Positions 45,221 through 56,607 of a stretch of DNA of 64,000 bases are shown here, in pieces (position 1 is the first letter of the stretch; every line of letters begins with the position of its first letter). Source of the stretch: Oopsacas minuta. Taxonomy: Eukaryota > Animalia > Porifera. The translations under genes were made by a program, and so were the position numbers. The DNA lies in the NCBI GenBank assembly GCA_024704765.1, contig JAKMXF010000365.1:248001-312000 (forward strand). The letters run 5' to 3'. Below the pieces are notes generated by a model. It was not told the origin of the DNA and made no database searches. It saw only the letters and a program-made list of their open reading frames with translations.

Positions 45221-46069
45221 GCTAAAACAACATATCTAAGATTTGTAAATTAGCTATCCAAATGAGTTACCATTCATTCAAGTGAATTAGCATCTGTGAA
45301 AGGTATAATGCAATCGACAGGTAAGAAACCTTTATGCAACTAATAATACTCATTCAATCATCGCAGCAATCAAATCCATTATCAAGTTAATAACTGTAAT
45401 ATTTGTTATAGGGATGCTTATTCTGTGAAGGTGGTTGTAAATAGCGATTTTAACTGATTGTGAGTTTGTAAAGAAGAAGGGAAGTAAATGAATCAATCGA
45501 CCATTTGTCTATGGCTCGAATGCTTTATAGGATATAACATGGATAAAGATACGTGTAGGAATTTGATATTTAGGATTTCTAACAGTAGATTATAACGATA
45601 ACAGAGGCTAGAAAGTGCTCTACTTGTCATTCTTACTTACAGAATATTCTATACTATTACTTCAGCAATACGGTTAATAATACAAATAACAGATACTTAC
45701 ATCTTTAATATTTCTGAGCTGGGTTAACATGTCTCCGTACAGCTGTTGAGCTTCTTGTTGATGGACTGGTACAGACCGATCCAAGTCATGCCTAAGTAAT
45801 ACAAATGTATAAAAATATACAAAATATGTACACGTGAGGTACGATAACCGAACTTACCACCTCTGACTCTCAATCCATTCAGCTAGATGGTCCCGTATCT
45901 CAATAGGGAAGTGCTTACCGTATAACCCCCTGATGCTGTTTAGTATTCTCTGATCGTTAATACTCTTTACATTCTGCCAGAGAGCGCCAGGAGGACTTCC
46001 CATATACCTACAGTATTAAGTTTATTAATCACTCCATACAATACAATGATATAATAAGACTTACGCCAT
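33521..46069 (-). CDS. STAT: STAT transcription factor (STAT5-like), about 28 exons; almost absent from the ORF track
   Basis: Hand-spliced in-frame GT-AG exons give LYGKHFPIEIRDHLAEWIESQRW (N-domain), NDELVGWKR...LQGWFETLAELLW (coiled coil), VEKQPPQVLKTNTRF, LMVGGKLNIHMNPPEV, TISLPVAVVVHGSQ (DBD), FTFFDWFYG, GTFLLRFSETETGGISVAW (SH2), DYVTSQ (pTyr); stop TAG at 33523-33521; first micro-exon (ATG GC at 46069) uncertain. Confidence 0.93.
33807..33938. mobile_element. Tc1/pogo-type MITE (family B) in the last STAT intron
   Basis: Imperfect TIRs TACAGTCATCTCCCGTTA ... TAACGGGGAGTTGAATGTA with TA at both ends. Confidence 0.7.
34021..34638 (+). CDS. DUSP19: Atypical dual-specificity phosphatase, DUSP19-like, nested antisense in a STAT intron
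   Basis: HCNAGKSRS catalytic loop, PNEGFIKQL, DUSP19-type N-terminus (KDINNFDSKKLSSVETVVKTQTG). Confidence 0.85.
   Translation: MDSFLKDINNFDSKKLSSVETVVKTQTGEVFVEKRLENGEVKIEKKEGEHAGFVIDLTPDLKVGILVENKICISSQDVPRDLHLIQEQGITHVLNLCSHASFHTDVIKFLAVVCYDTPEFKIHDFFDKCFVFIDNALSTGNNNKVLIHCNAGKSRSVTVGLAYLMRTQGIKWRESLEHLKKTRPQAHPNEGFIKQLDEYQEQLKL
35913..36033. mobile_element. MITE family A copy within a STAT intron
   Basis: TACAGTGGTTATCGCTTATAAGAAC ... GTTCTTCTAAGCG inverted ends; core shared with the copy at 14309. Confidence 0.6.
36364..37833 (-). CDS. ABHD16A: ABHD16A-like alpha/beta hydrolase (lipase), intronless, nested on the same strand in a STAT intron
   Basis: CLRGPRLY N-terminal motif, GWNHCGYGYSSG, GSSIGG nucleophile elbow, ESTFDD; likely start MSVLKWY at 37833 (the track's upstream extension is doubtful). 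Confidence 0.82.
   Translation of the reverse strand: MSVLKWYIPCLRGPRLYYSYLDGKMSAYIPNQAEARSDRFIRIVSRFWALVLLSFLPLGLLVPFGGFLIPPFFSILFILYLVRGIGRFNNSAYRQFILDLRLDIRQCLEQHKYNSTKYFDFDITVLPPLFHQNQSRLTPNTSKPPTHPFDTCLASVLSCFVYPGSVRFSSYRASYDLSAARYNIITNFNGVRARLQCNSSQILDTLYAKPRYVVPNLLAISCVGNLSFQELGGINHWLRKGYAALGWNHCGYGYSSGSPTGRQEKEAILTIIAYAVQQLGYPLERIILHGSSIGGFTACYAAAAFPNIHGLLLESTFDDINNLVPALVPCCLPHSLIKHSLRYCYDLNIISYLKMYKGPVTLIRKTDDILMRSEIDEVGTNRANFLLLEIIKQRYGSVFTSEESLESVRIWLGVEEDIRGEIEKELDKAKCSSHLEDFDSSRLEGLSNSFKQEIAVFIASQFMKNQKGPHSAILSYDYIQPPEHIPWND
39077..39409 (-). CDS. Small type I membrane protein with two PPxY motifs, nested on the same strand in a STAT intron
   Basis: Signal peptide, TM, juxtamembrane Cys cluster CYACFNC, PPAY and PPSY. 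Confidence 0.6.
   Translation of the reverse strand: MNLRLSLPLVLQLLFIIQIKCDHKPYSSYALGQTEFNSRIFFMFIPSGISLLVTFVLVISMICYACFNCFQHMKRRRDVQGGVNEQIPPAYSEVSLKEDIPPSYSYAFDN
39982..40512 (-). CDS. Orphan 176-aa protein with acidic/Ser-rich body, two NPF motifs and a basic tail; nested in a STAT intron
   Basis: ATG-started ORF of 531 bp, more GC-rich than its flanks; internal repeat DELNPFAAFLASP / DDFNPFSSLLNSP; no family recognised. Confidence 0.5.
   Translation of the reverse strand: MSTVLLLHNDVSEAAEVDNSLDMCMLISNLDSSDRQDIHSPDELNPFAAFLASPHSTSFCTDDFNPFSSLLNSPLYRESISSLNSSNYSLSNFDIEFDMEFLSDEEFDDAFVFDQDTLPFTNRKKLSRTRSFFSRFFNSFVTKRRRKLSKNIHKKLSKGISCPLENATFVNKYLCD
41358..41512. mobile_element. Tc1/pogo-type MITE (family B) in a STAT intron
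   Basis: TIRs TACAGTCAACTCCCGTCATATCGAA ... TTCGATATAACGAGAGTTGACCGTA; shares caaagtaaca core with the copy at 33807. Confidence 0.8.
45173..45220. repeat. (TTG)n microsatellite in a STAT intron
   Basis: Visible trinucleotide tract with one interruption. Confidence 0.95.
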
Positions 46070-46219
46070 ACAGATGTCTGTTATGAGCTGTTATAGATTA
46101 AGTAATAGCTAATTAATTGAGATAATTATAGTTAAGGTTTTAAGCGGTAAGGGAATTCACGACAGGCAGTGATAATAATTCAAACAAATTCTAAAATAAA
46201 ATGGGAAATCTATGAAGAT

Positions 46220-47233
46220 TTAAGATTTTCTATCTTCTGGTTCTACATAATCCATTCCTATAAAATCGAATATATCTCTCTCACATGTTATGGGTAAATG
46301 TTCACCAGGTACTCCTGTAGACCCCATCTTCCTGAGAGAGTACTCGTTGAGAGTAAACCCCTCCTCAAGACATTTAGCACGCATGGACTGATTGAATGTG
46401 TCACTACCTGTGAAATATAATAATCCACAGAAATACTGATCTTTTGGTATAATCCGAATATCAATCCGTCTGTGGATACGAGTAGGAGAGTCAGTAGCAG
46501 AAGGGAGGACACACACACCCATATACTTACTCTCTCCATGAGATAGTGTGTCAATTAATATATTAGAAGAGCTTAGATTATCAACTACACGCTTTAGAAA
46601 CAATCCAGATTTACTCTTCAGCGATTGAGACATGTAGTCAGGATGTGTAATAAGAACATCTACATCACCACAAGTAGCTGCCCCTCTTCTATAAGAACCA
46701 CATACTTTGTATTCTATCTTTTCGTCAACTTCCTTAATTCCTGCTGCCACTAGCTTGAAAATATCCTCTACTTCTTCTCGAGGTATTCTCTGGTTGAAAT
46801 CATTGAGATATTTAACACCAATTTTCTGGTGATGATTCAGCTTATCTAAGTTATTTCGTAACTCATCTAAACTCGTAATTCCGTCCTTGTATAGTTTCTG
46901 AGCAGCAGCTGGTCCAATACCAGTGACCTTGGTTAGTAAACTCATAGCGACGTGACTCTCATCAGCTCGTATCTTCTCTACCCTTTCTAACTTCCCTGTA
47001 GACAGAAATTCATCAATTTTCTCTCCTATCTTAGTACCAACTCCATCCAGTTTTTTAGCCTCAGCGCCTGATGTTATCTTAGTAGAATGTCCTGCTATAG
47101 CTTGCATTGCTTTCTTGTAAACTTTGAATTTAGGAGTAGACCTGTTAATGTTTTTCTCGTACTCAGCTAGTTCATTGAGCATGTCACAGATACCTGAGTT
47201 AGGACTATCATCTGCGAGCTTTCTCTTAGCCAT
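46220..47233 (-). CDS. POLB: DNA polymerase beta (X family), intronless
   Basis: LDGVGTKI and VTGIGPAAA HhH motifs, GSYRRG, GDVDVL, RRIDIR, YFTGS. Confidence 0.96.
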   Translation of the reverse strand: MAKRKLADDSPNSGICDMLNELAEYEKNINRSTPKFKVYKKAMQAIAGHSTKITSGAEAKKLDGVGTKIGEKIDEFLSTGKLERVEKIRADESHVAMSLLTKVTGIGPAAAQKLYKDGITSLDELRNNLDKLNHHQKIGVKYLNDFNQRIPREEVEDIFKLVAAGIKEVDEKIEYKVCGSYRRGAATCGDVDVLITHPDYMSQSLKSKSGLFLKRVVDNLSSSNILIDTLSHGESKYMGVCVLPSATDSPTRIHRRIDIRIIPKDQYFCGLLYFTGSDTFNQSMRAKCLEEGFTLNEYSLRKMGSTGVPGEHLPITCERDIFDFIGMDYVEPEDRKS

Positions 47234-47990
47234 GTAGCTTATAGAACCTATAATAATTATAAGAAACTAACTCATCCGTATAATAATAATCGCAGATGTC
47301 AATGGAAACTTTGGAACTGATTAATAATGATGTAGAAATGAAGCGGAAGTGATAAACACGCTATACTTTATTTTTAACAGAAAACTACTTAGTTTGCAGT
47401 GCCAGAGGCTGGCAACTACAGAAAACCAATCACAGAGGCTAAAAGCTTGGATTTGCCCCACACCAATTGTGTTCCGCGGGCTCTAATAATTAATTATGCT
47501 CTCCAGTAAGTAATTCTAGTTTTTATAGTTTCATTTCTTTACCCTCGAATCTACAAACTTTATTTATTTATTAATTATATTTTAACAAGTCACACGTCAA
47601 GTAATCTACTCAAATTGTTAATTTGTAACAACAGTGTCTATGTTCGACGAACATTTGTATAGCTCTGCATATCTCAAACCATCAAATCAGAGTATACAAT
47701 TAGGTTGTAATGAATCCTCTGAGAAGTGTAGGAGCTTAGAGAAAGCTCAATTATTCTCTAATAGCATTTGTATTGTAGTTTCTATGGTAACAATATATTA
47801 AGGTGAAGTGGTGGAAACTTTAGGAATAGATAACTTGGCTACAATGCTTATACGGAGCGATATAAACTGCGAAACAATAATTTTCTATTTTACTCTTAGA
47901 CAAAATTACCTATCCACTAGGCGGGTACATAAAAGTAACAAATAATCTGTGTCATTCAAAATATTGATCATTATAGCGAGTACAATCCAG

Positions 47991-50900
47991 ATGGTAGATT
48001 CTACAAACAAATCTCATAAACAACTACACGTTTCCTCAACTGGTAATGCTGTCCTATTCACAAACACGGGTATACCATCTCCCATAGACCTGTCTTCATC
48101 ACAGGAGCATTGTCCTACGGACAGACAGGGCTCTCCTATCCACATTACTAAGAATTTCAACTCTTCTACTGAACGACCTATAAATGGGACTATAGAGACA
48201 GGGGAACAGGGGGAAGGGGGAGATTGTAACGAAGATCAATACTATCCATTTCCGGTTAAAAGTGAGGCTTGTATTGAGAAAATAAAACAAGATTGGTGAG
48301 TCAAATACCATAAGATTTATACAAAATATAATCATGTATCTGTTTCGCAGGACTCGTGCAGTCGAATACTTACAAGAAGGTGATATACTCTCTAAAGTAA
48401 GCTAATACTCTGTGGGTTATGTATTTGTCTTATAACTTTATGATAGCTTAGAGAGATGGCTTTACATGGAGAATTAGAGTCACAACCGTTACGAGGCATA
48501 GCATGGAGAGTAAGCTACTTGTCTTCTAATATTAAATCCTCTTAATCAATATTAATATCCCTATAGCTATTTCTAGGCACGCTACCTACTGCTACAGAAG
48601 ATTGGATAGATATAGTGAATAAACAGAGAGAAAAATATAACTCTGATAAAAATAAGGTAATTAGTACTAAGCACTCTATTTATATATTCATTATATTATT
48701 AATTGTGTTCGTATCTAGGCTGACATAGATCCACACAAGAACGCTTCCTCTCATCCTTTATCTAACGAGTCAAATGTAAGGAAATTGAATTATGTTGCTA
48801 GGTAACGGTATAGGTGTAATGGTATGTATTGTAGAGTGCGTGGAACCAATTTTTTCTAGATCAAGACCTATGGCTTATTGTGGATCAAGACGTGTCTAGA
48901 ACGTGAGTAAATTTATTTGTAAATAAACAACAAATAAGTTATTATTATTTGTTTGTTTAGATGGCCAGAAGAGAGAATATTCACAAATGAGAGAATACGG
49001 TAACATATCACATACTTGTAATTCTAGATACGTCTTTATTAACACGTGTACTATATGTAGAAATATTATGAGACGTGTTCTATTCACGTATGCAAAATCT
49101 CAATCTAAAGTTGACTACAGGCAGGTAGTACAAGCCAGTCTACGTATAATACCTTCATATATTTGTTATATATTATATCGTATAGGGTATGCACGAGTTG
49201 TTAGCTAACATTATTTATATGATGTGTAGAGAGCACGAGAGATGTCCTGTGTCTCAGGAAATTCCAGAGTTAGTATTCACTAATTTTTATATTTCTCAAA
49301 ATATTTAATATTAACTCGTTTTTCGTAGATATATTAGACATGTTGTGGATCCTAGCTATCTTGAGGAGGACGCTTAGTAAGTATATGTTATGAATTAGTA
49401 TAAAGTACCATGGATATGAGAGCTGTTTATGTGTAGTACTTTGTTCTCTGAGTTGATGGAATATTGTGACATATGGTATGATGGAGGTCATGAAGAAGCT
49501 ACATTCAAGGTAATACATTGTAAGCTATTAAGTGTATTGAGAAAGCAGTGAATATGTACAATACTTATGTCTTTATTAGGCCAGGACTAATATAAGGATA
49601 GAGACACCATTTGAGAAGGAAGGAGTAGTATTAGGGGTGAGTAACAACACTTATAACAAAAATTGTATCAGATCTTAATTAGTATAATTAGCTGACAGCT
49701 CTATCCAAGAAGCTTAACAAGATACAAGGTACACTTCTCAAGAAACATGATCCTGAATTATCTGAGTACATGGACTCCTTAGAGCTCTCTCCTCAAGTAT
49801 ACGGCATGTATGTTATAGCACTCACCCTCTTATTAATATAAAATTATGTTCATTTATTCTAGTCGTTGGATAAGACTATTATTTGGACGTGAGTTTATCC
49901 TGAAAGATATCCTACTGCTATGGGATGCATTATTCGCACAGGGAACATCTCTAGACCTGATTGATTATATAGCTATTGCTATACTGATGGCTATGAAAAA
50001 CTCAAGTAGGTAGAATTAATAATGATAATCTGTATAATTGTATAACCGTCCATCTTTAGTTATTGATCATGATCAAGGAGACTGTCTACTCAGATTAATG
50101 AAATATCCACAAGACTTCCCTGTGAGGGATATTATCAATCATGCTTTACATCTAAAACATCCAGTTAGTTGTTATATAAATTATATGAAATGTAAACTCA
50201 AAACTGAAATATTTTATCTATTTATAGTCATGGCCTAATCCTTATGGCTCAATCAAACCGGTTATTAGCTCTGAGAAGTTATCAACATTATCATCACCTC
50301 CTAGAGAACAAATAGTAAGTTATGATAATTACGTATAATATTTCTTACATTTTACATATCACTTTTAGGATTATGCAAATAATAATTCTACAGAAGATCC
50401 TTCAAAATGGAGTAAAATGAAGGTAAATCAAAACTGGAAAAGTAAATCTCTTCGTAGTAACACAATTCAAGTTACCAATACACAACCTCTCTCTATTCGT
50501 AGCAAAATACAATCCCTCCCTCGTCCCCGCGTACCAAAATCCGCCCACACACAATTATCTAATCCCCTATCTTCTCCCAAGAAGCAATCAGAGTCCTCTC
50601 TTACAGGGAGCAATTCTCAAAACCCAGTTGCTACCAAAACAGCTGACGTGAGTTATATTTAAGTATTTATTCGTTTATTTAAAATACGTATTTCTCATAC
50701 GAAGGATCAGATATCAAATCTAGAAAAGGAAATAGAATTTTTACGGGTAAAGTCAGACTACTGTGTTGGGAAGTTAACAGCATATGTAGGTAATCATTAC
50801 AGCTGTATATTGGTGGTAGATGGAGTTATTATATTTTAATTGGCAGATCATCTACAAGACATTATGTACCAATCTACGTTTGCTACCAAGGAGAGTGAGG

Positions 50901-51362
50901 ATTTGGCTTATCTAGCTATAGCTGGAATTAAACAAGTTTGTTACATACGAATTTCCTGAATTTTTGCGCGCATGTAATTAAAATCAGTAACAAACAAACA
51001 AAAAAGCAACTGACATTTAGTAATATAGATTGTAGGTTCGTGATGTTCTCAAAGGACAGCTGGAATTAGGAGATTCATCTTTCGGATTAGATTCTAATAT
51101 GTATCACTATTTGAGAGAGAGTAATCCTAATCTTGTAGAGGATCACATCTCCAAAGATTCTCCACCCTCTGATCAAGATAAGCCTCCTAGATACCGTCTG
51201 GGGTCAAAGGAATTAGAAGAAGACTCTGTAGATTTATTTACAAACACTTCTCCCCCAATTAGCGCTGAGATGGTAGAGATACATAGTCCTCCCGATCCTC
51301 TCCTAGATTCCTCACAAGACTTCCCTCTATCTCCTAGTCATCCCCTCGAGTACATAGACTAG
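47991..51362 (+). CDS. TBC1D5: Rab-GAP TBC1D5-like, roughly 20 short exons
   Basis: Spliced exons give LRGIAWR|LFLGTLP, WNQFFLDQDLWLIVDQDVSRT|WPE, DYRQ|GMHELLA, PQVYGI|RWIRLLFGREF, LWDALFA. Confidence 0.88.
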
Positions 51363-51561
51363 ACATGTGTGTGAAAATGGAGAGAATCCGTGGTTTCTCT
51401 TGTCTGTATATTGGAGTGAATGAGTGTAAGATATTGTTAGACATATTCGTGGATAATAATTTAGAGATTAATCTTTCTTCCAATGTAATTATAATATTAA
51501 TTATCCTGTTTTATCGTGTATATTGAATCACAGCATTATCCATACATTAGTGATACAATTG

Positions 51562-53729
51562 ATGGCTGATACTATTCCTGGTGAAGTTAAGAGCAGTTCT
51601 ATGAAGCTATCTAATCCTCATAAAGTAGTAACAGACTTTATAACAGAACTTATTGATTACGTCACTAATGATTGCTACCTCATTCCACCCGATCAGCTGA
51701 TCTCTTTATACATTAAAGATGATAATTCATTGGCTAATGGAGATACAGGATTAATCTCTCCTCTATGTCCTATCCCTTCTCACGAGAAAATGTTCTATAT
51801 TTGTCATAGACTTAACGAATTCTTACGATGGAGTTACAAGTTATGTCATTCAAATTCAAAACTAGATCTAGTCCAGCTGTCGCATCTTATCCCTGGCCTC
51901 TCAGTTAAGACAGATATGTGTTACAAATCAGGTGTAAGGCTACAACAGATTAAAGTATTGAAGCAGTTCGTAGGAGGATACTGTGGACACCACGCATACT
52001 TCAATGGCTTAGCTCTCCTCAATGCAACATCTACACATAACCAACAACTAGCTCTATTATGGTTATTCATGACAGGGCAGAGATTAGCTTACTGGAAGAG
52101 GTAACTTATTGGAATTATACGTAGCTATCTTATATCAATATACTCTATGTTAGGTACTGGGAGACTATTCGCATGTTAAGTTCATACGCTGTACTTACTG
52201 GGGAGACCTGGCCCTGGGTGGTGCAGGACATAGAGAAGGGGTGTGTGGAGAGAACCTATATGTCTTACCTACTCACTTCAGATCCTAGCGTACTAGCTCA
52301 TGGCAGAGACAAGATGTATGTCTTACAGGTAAATTAATTACTGGAAATGAATTTATAAATATATTTGTTATAGAATTATTTTAGTTTGCATTCGGCAGTA
52401 TTTCGTCTTTTAAGAAAGACTTATTCCCTCTACACAAAGCGTTACAGGAATTACAGCACTCAGGACCTACCAGTCTAACTATTCTGCTAGGGGTAACTAA
52501 CCACTGGCTAGCTGCTGTAATATACAAGATAGAGACCAGGGATGAGTCACGGACTGCTGGTATTCTCTCTAATACAGCTACAGGTAATTTACTCGTTTCG
52601 AATTCTAATTATAATGGAATCTATATATTCATATAATCATTTCTGGAAACCAAACGAAAAATTACTGGGATTTCCTAACCTATTTTAACGTGTATAAAAG
52701 TGATACATAAGATTATAATATCATTTCTAAACAGCTACTACATCTACAGACACTAACTATGTGTATAGAATAGTATTCATGGACTCTAATAATGCTCCTA
52801 TACTGGAAGCTACTGAAACAGCACTTGAAGATTATTACTTGGTAAGTTAAAGCACATAGCAGTTCCCAACCTTATTCACATGTGTAGCCCCCTCCCATAG
52901 AATGCAATATAAATTTTGAAAACCTGTGGAAGGGGCCGTGAGCCCCATTCTGGGTCAGTTAGGAACAGCTGTTATTGAATATATAGCCGTTAAAATATTT
53001 ATTTGAATGTATTTAGAAACACATAAAGCAATATGAAAGACGCAAGAAGGAGAAGATGTCAGCCTGGAAGAGTGAGACGTTTCGACAAGCTCTAGAGGAT
53101 GAGAGAGAGTTAATGCGTATTGTAGTCAGCTGTGTGTCTGGTGGTAGTCTGTTATACTTGTCTTATAAATCTGGTATACATAGAATGTTGCTTAACTTCT
53201 ATATTCAAGTAGACACCGTCTGCAAGGTAATATCTATATAGTAGGCTATGAATATATTCTTTGTAGTAATTATTATGTTATTCTATATGATAGATGAAAA
53301 GGCTAGAATACGTCCCTGATATCTCTCTCCCTTGGTTCCTAAGAAATAAGAATCATGCAAACCCGAATAACCCAGATTACAATAAGTACTGCACTTCTGG
53401 TATATACTGATAATACAATATATTTTACTTGTTAATCATATTGTGCTATATTTCTAGGCTATTCATCACCACCAGATATAGAACAATACATGCTAACTCT
53501 AATGAGTTGGTTAGAGGATTGGTACAGACCAAAAGAGATCCGTTGTATGATTTGTGGAGACATGAGAGAATTCTCTATCCCAGAACTTGAACAAGATCTA
53601 TCCTCCTGTCTCACTAAATGGTCTACTCATTTGTTACATGTTCTAACTGGAATAACACACCTTGATATTCCTATTTTAATTGAACTGGTTGATGTATTAA
53701 TTGATATTTCTAAGACTCTTTACACCTAA
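51562..53729 (+). CDS. Uncharacterised 7-exon protein, candidate papain-fold (Josephin-like) cysteine protease
   Basis: Exons ~51562-52103, 52154-52328, 52385-52585, 52735-52841, 53016-53227, 53293-53399, 53458-53729 join in frame; motifs KQFVGGYCGHHAYFN, GVTNHWL, VFMDSNN. Confidence 0.65.
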
Positions 53730-53876
53730 CAGCATTGGTGAGCTATATATTATTATACAAATATGTGCTAATAGTTGTAGATATATTACTATCACATATC
53801 CTCCATATTGATTATTTAACTGAATTATAGCGGTTGCGATAGGTATAAGATATATTATTAATTTAATAACTAGCTT

Positions 53877-55118
53877 ATGGCCAGCTATGGTAGTCCAGGT
53901 ATTTGGGGTAGACTCAAAAACTTCGATGCTTATCCTAAGACTATGGAGAGTTTTCGTATCAAAACTCTCCACGGAGCCGCCGTAACCATAATCAGCTCTC
54001 TCTTCATGTTGGGACTCTTCCTCTCTGAGGTCTCATACTTCCTCACCCTGGATGTCCGGCAGGAACTCTTCGTAGACACGGGTAGATCTCGCGGGGAGAG
54101 GCTAAGAATAAACATTGATATGATATTCCCTAAATGGCCATGTGCCTACTTGAGTATTGATGCTATGGACATCAGTGGAGAGCAACAATTCGATCTACAA
54201 CACTCTATATACAAGACACGGGTTGATGAGGATGGTAACAAGATAGTTAAAGATGATGAAGGAGAGAAAACAGAACCTGGAGAAGGGAAATTAGATTTAG
54301 AAACTCTATCTAATTCTACAGAGTTACAAGATAATTCAGAAGAGGATACAAAAGAAGAAACAGATCCTCATAGATGTTTGAGTTGTTACGGAGCTGAGAC
54401 AGAATCAATACCCTGTTGTAACACATGTGAACAGGTCAGAGAGGCGTATAGGAGGAAGGGTTGGGCAATTAATGATCATGACGTTATAGAACAGTGCGCT
54501 AATGAGGGATGGAAGGATCATTTTGATTCACAGTCTAAAGAGGGGTGTATCGTTCAGGGGTTCTTAGAAGTGAGTAAGGTCGCCGGTAACTTCCATTTCG
54601 CCCCGGGACATAGCTACCAACAACAGAGTGTACACGTGCACGATCTCCATCTATTCGGTAAGAATGCTAGATTCAATGTAACCCATAAAGTTAATAAGCT
54701 ATCCTTTGGTCATGAATACCCCGGTATGGATAATCCACTAGATGGACACATGGAAGTAGATGGGAGTGCTGAGCAAGAAGGGAACTCTATGTACCAGTAT
54801 TTTGTAAAAATAGTGCCTACACATTATTGGAAATCTAACGGTACTGTACTCAAAACTAACCAATACTCAGTTACTAAGCACAAACGTAGTATTAAGCTAT
54901 CAATAGCAGAGAATGGATTACCTGGTGTATTCTTCATATACGACATTAATCCTATGATGATACAACTAAGAGAAGGTAGGAAATCTTTCTTACACTTCTT
55001 GACAGGGGTGTGTGCTATTATTGGAGGAATATTCACAGTAGCTGGCATGATAGATGCTCTCATATACCAATCTAATAAGGCTCTTCAGAAGAAAATAGAT
55101 TTAGGGAAAGCGACTTGA
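53877..55118 (+). CDS. ERGIC3: ER-Golgi intermediate compartment protein 3, intronless
   Basis: LKNFDAYPKT, CLSCYGAE...CCNTCEQVREAYRRKGW, VAGNFHFAPG, LPGVFFIYD, KKIDLGK. Confidence 0.95.
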   Translation: MASYGSPGIWGRLKNFDAYPKTMESFRIKTLHGAAVTIISSLFMLGLFLSEVSYFLTLDVRQELFVDTGRSRGERLRINIDMIFPKWPCAYLSIDAMDISGEQQFDLQHSIYKTRVDEDGNKIVKDDEGEKTEPGEGKLDLETLSNSTELQDNSEEDTKEETDPHRCLSCYGAETESIPCCNTCEQVREAYRRKGWAINDHDVIEQCANEGWKDHFDSQSKEGCIVQGFLEVSKVAGNFHFAPGHSYQQQSVHVHDLHLFGKNARFNVTHKVNKLSFGHEYPGMDNPLDGHMEVDGSAEQEGNSMYQYFVKIVPTHYWKSNGTVLKTNQYSVTKHKRSIKLSIAENGLPGVFFIYDINPMMIQLREGRKSFLHFLTGVCAIIGGIFTVAGMIDALIYQSNKALQKKIDLGKAT

Positions 55119-55296
55119 CTACGAGGCCTGGTGTTAGTAATTTTAATTAGAATAATTGTGTTGATAAATTTAAATTGGTACCGGGTATTTAATTTTTAAC
55201 ATAAATGAATCCTTTACAATTAATTATACTGTACCATAGCCATGGCTGTATGCATTAACCACAGAGAATATTGTATATAATTTATAGAGCTCATAT

Positions 55297-55908
55297 ATGC
55301 GAAAATTAACACAGAATATACTCTCAAACAGGATTGTTAACTTTAAATCAGAATTAATATTCAAAAGATCTGTCACTAATGAAACTGAATTCTACAACAG
55401 ATACTACTATCCTCCTCCTGTTGTTCTCTCTCACCCCCCAGAGCAGGGAGAGACTAGAATAATGCAGTCTAGCTCTATAACTACAGCTCTATCCGACCTG
55501 TCTCTACTACCAGCTAGAGATATATTTGCTGTAGTATTTATTTGTGGTAAGCAGCATAAAATCACAGCTAATGACTTCCTATTAGTCACACAGATGCCTG
55601 ATATCGAATTATACACTCTTATTCAGTTAGAGAAGGTATTACTAGTGGGGTCTGTCAATTGGTCTCTAGTTGGTACACCGCTTATACGCAGAGGCATGGT
55701 TAAGATCATAGCTAGCGTGTTAGAACACAAAACAATGGAACCTGTGATTGTACTAAAAAAGAAGAAACATAATTATAAGAAAACGAACATTCACCGGGGA
55801 GTTATGAGCCTGTTAAGAATTGAAGACATATTTGTAGAAGGTAGTTTTGAAGTTGATTTCAAACCAGCTATCCATCCACAAGACGGCCTCAAATCTATCT
55901 CTTATTAG
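55297..55908 (+). CDS. MRPL21: Mitochondrial ribosomal protein bL21m
   Basis: FAVVFICGKQHKIT, LEKVLLVGS...GTPL, KKKKHNYKK. Confidence 0.88.
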   Translation: MRKLTQNILSNRIVNFKSELIFKRSVTNETEFYNRYYYPPPVVLSHPPEQGETRIMQSSSITTALSDLSLLPARDIFAVVFICGKQHKITANDFLLVTQMPDIELYTLIQLEKVLLVGSVNWSLVGTPLIRRGMVKIIASVLEHKTMEPVIVLKKKKHNYKKTNIHRGVMSLLRIEDIFVEGSFEVDFKPAIHPQDGLKSISY

Positions 55909-56010
55909 TTAGTAATTAGTCGCTTAATACGTACGAATGAATATAATAAAATAATTTTTACGTAAGAGCTACATGCAAATATTTCTAATAATAACTTCTT
56001 AATAGCTTAT

Positions 56011-56505
56011 ATGTCTAAAAGATTTGGGGGTAAGACTTTAAGAAGAGCCTCTAAGTTAGTTAGGAATGTAAGAGCTGGAGATGTTGCAGAAAGATTAAAG
56101 ATGGATCTTCCAGCCGGACAGGCATCTAATGCGCCGCCCCTTGGCCCGAGTCTTGGAGCTCGTGGAATTCAGAGTGGAATATTTGTCAAACAATTCAATG
56201 AAATGAGTGCTCATATAAAAGCAGGTACTCCTATACCCGTGCTTGTAACGATTAAAGGAGATCGTAGCTTCAAAATGTCATTATCAACTCCACCCACTTC
56301 TCATTTTATAAAGCTAGCAGCTGGACTGAAGAAAGGAAGTGGAGCTCCTGGTAAGATCTGGGTAGGAGAGATTAATCTCAGACATGTGTATGAAATAGCT
56401 AAAGTTAAACAGAGTGATACTCATCTACAGTTATTACCACTAGAGAAGATATGTAGATGTATAATAGGATCATGTAGGAGTATGGGTATTAGGGTAGTCA
56501 ATTAG
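56011..56505 (+). CDS. MRPL11: Mitochondrial ribosomal protein uL11m
   Basis: AGQASNAPPLGPSLGARG, HVYEIAKVK, IIGSCRSMGI. Confidence 0.93.
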   Translation: MSKRFGGKTLRRASKLVRNVRAGDVAERLKMDLPAGQASNAPPLGPSLGARGIQSGIFVKQFNEMSAHIKAGTPIPVLVTIKGDRSFKMSLSTPPTSHFIKLAAGLKKGSGAPGKIWVGEINLRHVYEIAKVKQSDTHLQLLPLEKICRCIIGSCRSMGIRVVN

Positions 56506-56607
56506 TTTTACAGATATTATAAGCAAATCACTTACAATTATTAATAGTTATTGTTATGTATTTTAACAATTAGCGATTAAATTGTTTTGTTTACTAGTAG
56601 CTAGCTT

